Assembly (NCBI GenBank): GCA_951406725.2
Contig: OX597816.1
Coordinates: 8,370,001-8,434,000, forward strand
DNA from: Octopus vulgaris
Lineage: Eukaryota
DNA: 64,000 bases
Reading direction: 5' to 3'
The notes beneath the pieces were generated by a model, which was not told the origin of the DNA, ran no database searches, and worked only from the letters and a program-made list of their open reading frames with translations. Position numbers and translations under genes: made by a program. Numbering within the stretch: the stretch's first letter is position 1; every line of letters starts with the position of its first letter. Positions 25,501-34,500 of this stretch are shown here, in pieces.

Positions 25501-28500
25501 GTTCGACCGGGGTCTGGGAAGCCAGGGGCTGCACCAGGCTCCAGTCTGATCTGGCAGTTTTTCTACAGCTGGATGCCCTTCCTAACGCCAACCACTCCGC
25601 GAGTGTAGTGGGTGCTTTTTACGTGCCACCGGCACAGGTGCCAGGGGAGTCTGGCATCAGCCACGATTGGTTGGTGCTTTTAATGTGACACCGGCACGGA
25701 CGTCAGTCAAGGCGACACTGGCATCGACCAAGTGGCGCTGGAATATATTAAATCTCACCTGGTACAGTTTCTTCCTTCTGTATCTAATCATTGTCCAGCA
25801 AATTACTGCTTCAAAGCTCCAACCAACCAAAAGACTATGGAATCACCATTGAGTGAAATTATTTTCCTTTTGTTTATTACTTAAAAATATCTCGTTTATT
25901 TGTGTATAATTGTGATGGTATCTCTTGTGTCCAGTCTCCAACCATGAAGCCAGTCACTTAGAACAGCAGCTACGCATGGAGTTGAAGAAGCAGAACATTC
26001 CGCTCATACAACTTCAGTCAATTGAGCAAATTGATAATCTTCTTCAGACAAGAATGAAAGAACGAGATGAACTGCTCAGCAGGCCACGCCGACTCTGTGG
26101 CCTGGCACAAACGCCTAGTGATCCGGAGATATTGGGAAAAGTGAGTTCAACTATTTTTACTTTAATACGTTCAAAACTAAAGCAGTTAGTGTTATTATCC
26201 AATAAATTCTTTTCTTTATAGACCAGAAGAGTATTTATATTTACTCCATAAGAAGCATGGGGCCAGTTTTTCTGGATGGGACACTGACCCATCGCAGGAT
26301 TGCTCATTTCTACAAGCTGAAATGAAGTGTTTTGCTCAAGAACACAACACCTGACCCCATCCAGGAATCAAAACTACAATCTTACAATCATGAGTACTTC
26401 AATAATCACTGCACTATACTATAATATTGCATTGTGGAGGCACATGGCCTAGTGGTTAGAGTAGCGGACTCGTGGTCGAAGGATCGTGGGTTCAAATTTC
26501 AACCAGATGATGTGTGTGTTTATGAGCAAAGCACCTAAGCTCCACGTGGCTCCAGCAGAAGGTAATGGTGAGTTTCTGCTGACTCTTTCGCCACAACTTT
26601 CTCTCACTCTTTCCTCCTGCATCTTGCAACTCACCTGCGACCCGTCCAGGTGGGGAACCTATACGCCAAGAAACTGGCCCTTATGAGCCAGGCATGGCTC
26701 GAGAAGGAACAAACAAACCAACAAACAACATAATATTGCATTATACTAAGACAAAGACATAACACTCATTCAGTACAATGTCCTGTAGAAGCCTTTCATG
26801 AAACTGTTTACCTTAATAACAACAACAACAACACAGTCTCCAATTTCCTATTTTTCTTTTATTCTATGTAAAAACCTTCAAAGGAAGTGTTAAAATACAA
26901 GTTACAAAAAAAAAAATTAGGATTTCTGACTATTAAGGCCCAACTAATGAGATCACTCTTATTTCTAATATCCATCACATTATAATTTTATATTAGTCAT
27001 TCAGGTAACTCTTAATTGATAATCTAATGATATTATATCTGGGGGTTTTTTTCCCAGATTAATCTAGTTTTTAAACAAATTTCAATGTCTTTCATAAATG
27101 GAGCAAATGTTTTGCTTTTGCTCGACATTCTCAGCTGTGAAATAAAGCTGCTCTGTATGTCTATAGGACAGAGTAACCGAGTCACTCAGAGCATTGTGTC
27201 GTGTTAGTCCATGGTTTCTAATTTGACATCTTACTCTCACGAGTTCATCCTTTTATTTCTATCAATTCTTTTGGCAGATCGGTCAGCTTGCAGAACTTCA
27301 AGACCATGATATAGCTCGTGTCCTCTCATGGCACATGTCAGCTGATATGGACTGTGTTGTAACTACAACCACTAAAAAGGTATGTTCCACACTTTGTTTC
27401 CGTCCTCACTTATTTGATGCAATGGTTTCTAACCTTTATCTGCTTATATCTTTACAAGTTATGAAAAAAATAGTTTACTCTGTTTAGCACTTCATCATTA
27501 GCCCTTTAGCATTTAAACTGGTCATACCTGGCCCAAATATTCTTCCTTTTTCATGTTCAGAGTGGCCAGATCTGGCCTTTCACACCTACCCCACAATGAC
27601 ATTCTAAAAATTGAAAAAAATCGATTGTCTAAATCTTGAAGCTACATGATTAATGCATGATAAATTCAAAACAGTGTGAATAAATAAGTATTACATTTGA
27701 CAGAATAATCTGAAAGCTAAAGAAGGGTTAATTGTTTAGCATCCATATTTCAATACTGGTAATTAAGGAATGTCTTTATCTCTCCTGAGTATAACAGCTC
27801 TCTCTCTCTCTCAATCTGTGTGACACACTGTTCTCAAGTTTGTTTCTCAGAAGACTTCTTGTGTCTGCCTACCACAACCACCAAATTGCCAACTCTATGT
27901 GGTCCTCTATTTCCATTCTACCACCACTGGTCCTAAATAATTGCCCAGTTGTTTAGGCCAGACATTGCACCAAAGAAAGCTGCACACATCTGCCTGGAAT
28001 TAAATTGCATGTATCTCTATAAAATAAAGGCTTTTATTCATCTCCTCAGGCTTCTACACCTACCTTCAACAAACATCTTTTATTTCCTCACCTACACTTA
28101 AGATCTGGCAACACAACCTTTTGTCTTTTGCATAAAAAAAAAATAGTTTTGAGACTCATTTTCCCGCATGTCAGTCATTTGTTTTTCCTAATCACCTTTT
28201 CTAATTTACTCACTTAACTCCCCTTATTTTGTTAAATCTTCTCCATCCCTATTTTAACCACCTTTTTCAAAGGGACCCACCATCAGTCGTCAATAATCTT
28301 TTCCATCTGCCTCGTTAATTCCAAGCTCACCCATACCTTGAGATCCAATAACTTGATCTTTCCTTATTGTTTGTCTCAACAGGCCAAAGAAATCTACAAC
28401 CAAACCAGTGGCAAACAGCAAGTGTTACCATTAGATTCTATTTATAAGAAAACCCTTCCAGAATGGGACAAGTAAGTATTAATAGCTTTTCCAAGTTTGT

Positions 28501-31500
28501 TTCAAGAGAGTAATCTCAAGTTCAATTCCAGGCAGTGACCTGGATAATAATAACAATCATCATCATCATCATCGCTCAATGTCCGTTTTCCATGCTAGCA
28601 TGGGTTGGATAGTTCGACCGTGGTCTGGGAAGCCAGGAGGCTGCACCAGGCTCCAGTCTTATCTGGCAGTGTTTCTACAGCTGGATGCCCTTCCTAACAC
28701 CAAATAATAATAATAATAATATCGAAAAATACCTTAGCAATGAGAACCCAGGTTCGAAATTTCCCCCAAGACACCTGATGAAGGCTGGAGGGTATATCAG
28801 CCAAAATGTTGTGTTAACAACAAGCAAGATGAGGACAAATATCCGTCAAATGTAAATAATGTAAATAATTCCTCATCTCTTAAATATAGAACTGTAATAT
28901 CTGATGATGATTTGAAATTAGACACATCCAAAACTAGGTTCCTACCAAAGTACAAAAACTTGAAATTTCTTTAGATTTCAGAGAAATTATTTCATAACTT
29001 ACAACATTCCATTCCACAACTGTTTATAGAATCAAAATTCAAATTAATGGAAACTCACTAGTGCCATATTCTAATGGGGTACCTAAATATATACTAGTTA
29101 GTTAAGATTCGTCAATCATAGTACATTTAATTCTCCAACGTTTAAAGCCCTTTCTTCAAACTACTGATTTCATCAAAAGATTCAAAATTCTGCTCAAAGG
29201 TCATTTTTGAGTCTTTCCCTAAATTTCTCTTCGTTTCTTCTCACTTAACCAACCTTTACATACACCTGTGTGTGTATATATCTTCAAAAACTTTTCTGTT
29301 GATATCAAAACTACCGATTCTGTAATACATGTGGTTTGCACCTAGAAAGGTACCCTCTGGGGCACATCTCCAAGCAAGGTTGTTTATGGAAGACCAGCAG
29401 TCACCCATGTATACAGGCTTCCCCTCGTCACGCCACCAGTGTTATCCAAGAGAAAGACAGAGACCATTACAGCTTGGCACCAGTAATGTTGCAATACATT
29501 TCTACAGCTGAGTGAACTGGAACTACGTGAAATAAAGTCTCTTGCTCAAGAACACAATGCACAGCCCGGTCCTGGAATCGAACTCACTACCTTGTGATTG
29601 TGAATCCAGCGCTCTAACCACTGAGCCAAACCAACAAACAGCATGAAATAGGTGGACTCTGAACCAACCTTCACTCCGTACATCGCTTCCTAGCATATAA
29701 CCAAACAGTCTTTTCACAAATCTCTCACCCTTGTTTTGTAAGCTTATCTCTGCTGCCTAACCTAACTAAACCCTTCACCATCATCATTTAATATCTGTTT
29801 TCCATGCTGGCATGGGTTGGCTGGTTTGACAGGAGCTGGCAAGGCCAGGGGCCACACCAGATTCCATTGTCTGCTCTGGCATGGTCTCTATGATTGAATA
29901 CCCTTCCTAATTGCTTTTTATGTGGCACCAGCATGGATGCTTTCTTACATAGCTCTGGTGTGGGTGTCAGTACACGTAGAGGTTCCACTTCCCCATCACT
30001 CTCATCTTGATACCAGCCAAAAAGACCTCCAAATTATTTTGGTTTAAAGTCTCTCTCGCTCCTCCACTCATTATTCCCTCTCAACTTCTCCAACCACCTA
30101 CAACTCATTAATCCTAACCCTCCACCACCATGTGAACAACCCAGCGCCTGCAACCTCAGGGTCACACCATTACTGAAAGTCTGTCTTGGCAGTCTTACAT
30201 TTAAAACCCAACTAACATTACACTGCTGGCCTTCTTTGGCTCCTACTCCCCCTACCTAACCTCATTAGCTACTAACCCTTTACAAAATTCAAATGAGACT
30301 ACAGTGGAATACTGCTCTCACATCTGGGACTATGCTGCTGCTAGACATAGACGCCTTGTCTGAAAATTTCTCTAAGAATTAACACAGTATGTGAAGACAA
30401 TATATATTGTTACTTTCAATTCAGAAACTGTTTTGTTTTTTATGTTTGTTTCAGACTTCTACCTCATGAAAAATTCCGACCTCAATGGAAACCTCCTGGG
30501 AATCCAGTCTATGCAAGGAAACTTCTTAAATTCAGTCACCAAGAAGAAAAATGTAAATTGGGTGAGTGAAATTGCTTAAGAAATAAGTCTTATTTTTATT
30601 CCATTGGCAATGAGCTGCTGCAGTAGATGCTACTTTAAATTATCCTGGTTGAGTAGACCAATGCTCCACAACCTTTTTTCACTTGTGGTACACTTATATT
30701 CTTTTCAAAATTTGGTGGCACACCTGAACTAAAAATATGGCAGCACGTAAAAAGTACCATCTGAACGTGGGTGATGCCATGCCCATCTGACTGGCTCCCA
30801 TTCCATGGCACATAAAAAGCTCCATCCAAATGTGGCTGATGCCAATACCCACTGCCTGGCTCTCATGCCTGTGGCACATAAAAAGCACCAACCATACATG
30901 GCCGATGCCAGTACCCCTTGACTGACCCCTCTACTGGTAATAGGTAAAAAGCATTATCCGAACGTGATCGATGCCAGGTCCGCTTGACTGGCTCCTGTGC
31001 CGGTGGCACATAAAAGTACCCACTACACTCTCAGAGTGGTTGATGTCAGAAAGGGCATCCAGCTGTAGAAACATTGCCAGATCAGATTGGAGCCTGGTGC
31101 AGCTGCTGGCTCTCCAGTCCTCAGTCAAACCTTCCAACCCATTCCAGCATGGAAAACGGACGTTAAACAATGATGATGAAAAGTATAGAGGTAAAATTAT
31201 ATTCAGGTTACACTGTAGCACACCTAGCATCATCTCATGGCACACTGTTTGCAGAGCACTGGTTTAGACATCCCAGTAAATCCTGTTTTATTAACAAAAT
31301 ATTAAACAAAAGCCCATCAGTAGTAATATCTCTGCAAAATATTCCCTATGTTCAATTACTCATCCAATTCAGTTATATATCCTTTTTTAGATTATTGGAT
31401 TATCCTATAATCCCTCTATGCCTTTTTGTGGCACCGGCACCAGTGAGATTGCCATGCATCTCAAAAGATTACAAACCCCAGAGGGTGGGTGGTCAGCTGT

Positions 31501-34500
31501 ATGCTAGGGCAGGAGTGGGTAAACGATGAGGGAAGAGGGCCAAACAGGTTGTTGGTGAAGAGGATCTGCAGTTGGTTGGTCAGATTTAGAAGAGGGGCTG
31601 AGAATGTTTTAGTGGGAGCTTTGAGAAGATGACTAGTGGTGATGAGGTGTGCAGCAGGTGAGCCCTGAAGGTAGGAGGTGAGTGGTCGTGAGTGGGGACA
31701 GAGGAGCTAGGAGTGTGGTGACGGGAAGGGAGGTAGGGTTGTTGAAGAGGGTGATGTAGGGAGTGGTGGGAAATGACTAGTGATGTAGGAGTTGGGGATG
31801 GTGGAGGGGGGCAGAAGAGAGCAGCAGCAGGGTAATAATGGTAAATCAGGTGACAGAGGGAGATGGAGGAAGAAATGGCATGTGGTTGAGTAGACTGCAG
31901 GCATTTGAAGAGAGAGAGAGGGAGAGAAGCAGACATAATGCACGACGAAATATAATCTGATGGTTCAATGGCAAAGAGAGAATTTTTTATGGATGAAGAA
32001 TGGCCAATAAGTGAAATGGTTCCAGGTGGCAAGAAGAAGGGAAGTGGCAACTGGATAGAGGTGCAGTGAGAGAGAGATGATAGCAGAGGGATTGATATTG
32101 AGAGGAGATTGGATGAGGTGCCAATGTGTGTGTGTATGTGTGTCCACATCATTTATTTAACTCTCACCTTCCATGCTGGCATAGATTGGACAGTTTGACT
32201 GGATCTGATAAGTCCAAGGGTTGCATCATGATTCAGTCATCTGTTATGGTATGGGGTCTACAGCTGGATGCCCTTCCTTATGTCAACCACTTAACAAAAT
32301 GTACTGGGTGCTTTTTACGTGGCACCAACTGCTGTGAGGTCACCAAATAAGTTGTGAAACAAAGAACCCTCAATTGAGGGCTAAAGTATTGAGGTAGATG
32401 GCTTTGTACCAGTTGAGAGCTCCTTGTATCTTATAATAATAATAATGAAATTATTGTAAACAGTGCTCAGGTGCACCACAACTTGTCAGAAGTGTGTATA
32501 AAGCATATGCAGTAATGTACAAATGTCTGGGAAGTGAACAGTGTATGAGCCAGATACATGCTTGCGTGTGTATGGAGGGGAGAAAGCCAGGTGTAGTGTT
32601 GGTGAATCTCAGGAAGCATGGAAGTTTTGAAGGATGTAGTGCTCCGACAACTAACAACTGATGCTGGCAGTTTGTTCCATGCTTCAGCAACTCTCAGCAT
32701 GAAAAAATGTTTCCTGAAGTCATGGGAGCTGTGCTGTTTTCTGACTTTGTAAATATGTCCACGGGTGTTAGACGGGTGGAGTTTGAAAAGGTGCTCAGAG
32801 TTATTGTTTGTAAGATGGTTAATGATTTTATGGGTGTCTGCCAAGTCAGCTGCCAGACGTCGGAGTTTCAATGTATCCATGCCCAGAGAAGTAAGGTGTT
32901 CAGAATATGGCAAATGCCTGATGGAGGGTATTCTCTTGGTTGCATGTCGCTGTAAGGATGTAAAGTGGTCCCTAAAGAAGAGGGGGAGTGTGTGATGATT
33001 TCAGGCAAGGTAATGAGAGGAACACGTTTATAGTTGTGAGAGGGTGGTAGTGGGGAGAGAGAGGGGTCAGATACTTTTTGAATATCAAAATACATTCCTT
33101 GAACCCATCTTTGTTCATATTTGAAGTAATTTTTTCTGTTTTGTGTTTTTGTTCAGTGTTTGGAATGCTGTTGGGAGATACAATGTTCTTGGATTCTTTA
33201 GACTATGCGAATTCCTACAGACAAGAGGTCAGTCTTTTATAAAATTACAAGAATTCTTTAACCCTCTTCTAATTATTTGGCTGTTGAGTCAGTTTAATTG
33301 TCTTTGTTATAATACGAAAAATCTCACTTGAAGAACTTTGCTATATAATAAAAGATGGAAGTTGCATAGAATTAATTTTGTCTTTGTTGTGTATCTTCAT
33401 CTCATGTTTCTGTTTCCTTCTTAGGTTGTGAAGTTTGCCCATTGCCCAACCATTTTGACAAGAGATGGAGATCGTATCCGCAGTAATGGCAAATTTGGAG
33501 GATTAATGAATAAAGCATTGCCTTTAGATAAGCTACGTGGAGCAGTGTTTGGTGAACCCCTACCAGTTGCTTACCATGCAATCTGCACACAAATTGGTGA
33601 GTTTATACAGTTGTCTCTCAACAATAACACCATGGGGATGCTTGCTAATCATCTTAATTATAAATGACTTTCATTGTATTTTTTGAATCGAGTTATTCTG
33701 CATTGAAACTGATGCAAACATTGTAAGGTTTTGGGAGTTGAACCTTTGTGGCTGTTCCACTATTATATACGACTTGCTCCTGTGGAGGGCTCTTCATTAG
33801 GCCTTGGGCACAACAATGACACTTCATGCATTGCGTACATCATCATCATCATCATCGTTTAACGTCCGCTTTCCATGTTAGTATTGGTTGGACGATTTAA
33901 CTGAAGATTGGCAAGCCAGTAGGCTACACCAGACTCCAATCTGATCTGGCAGAGTTTCTACAGCTGGAGGCCCTTCCTAACGCCAACCACTCTGTGAGTG
34001 TAGTGGGTGGTTTTATGTGCCACCGGCATGAGGACCAGTCAGGTGGCACTGGCAATGGCTACGCTCAAACGGTGCTTTTTATGTGCCACCTGCACAGGAG
34101 CCAGTCCATCGGCACTGGCAACAACCTCACTCAAATGTTTTTCCACGTGCCACCAGCACAAGTGCCAGTAAGGCGACGCAGGTAATGATCACACTCGAAT
34201 GGTGCTTTTTACGTGCCATCGGCACGGAGGCCAACTTGTTGCTCTGGCAATGATCACGCTCGAATGGTGTGTTTAACGTGCCATCAACACGAAGGCCAGC
34301 TTGTTGCTCTGGCAACGAACTCACTCGTATGGTACTCTTAGCACTCCACCAGCACGGATGCCAGTCATCGAATTTGATTATATTTTATTAAACTTGACCA
34401 ATATTTATCAAGCAATGAACAATTTTCATCAAAACAATTATATAATTTGTCGACTTGGAACTTACTGCAAAGCTGCATGATAAACAACGGTACCACCACC

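Noticed and set aside
30735-31030. Regularly spaced TGGCAC(A/G)TAAAAAG(C/T)ACC motifs with variable spacers, resembling a CRISPR array (also 1480-1640, 7680-7920, 34010-34330)
   Set aside because: Spacers are homologous to one another, the array is part of an RTE LINE 3'UTR, the context is eukaryotic and no cas genes are present.
31586-32152. 188-aa Pro/Ser/His-rich ORF on minus
   Set aside because: Product of a purine/pyrimidine-skewed low-complexity tract, probably decayed repeat; no splice or domain support.
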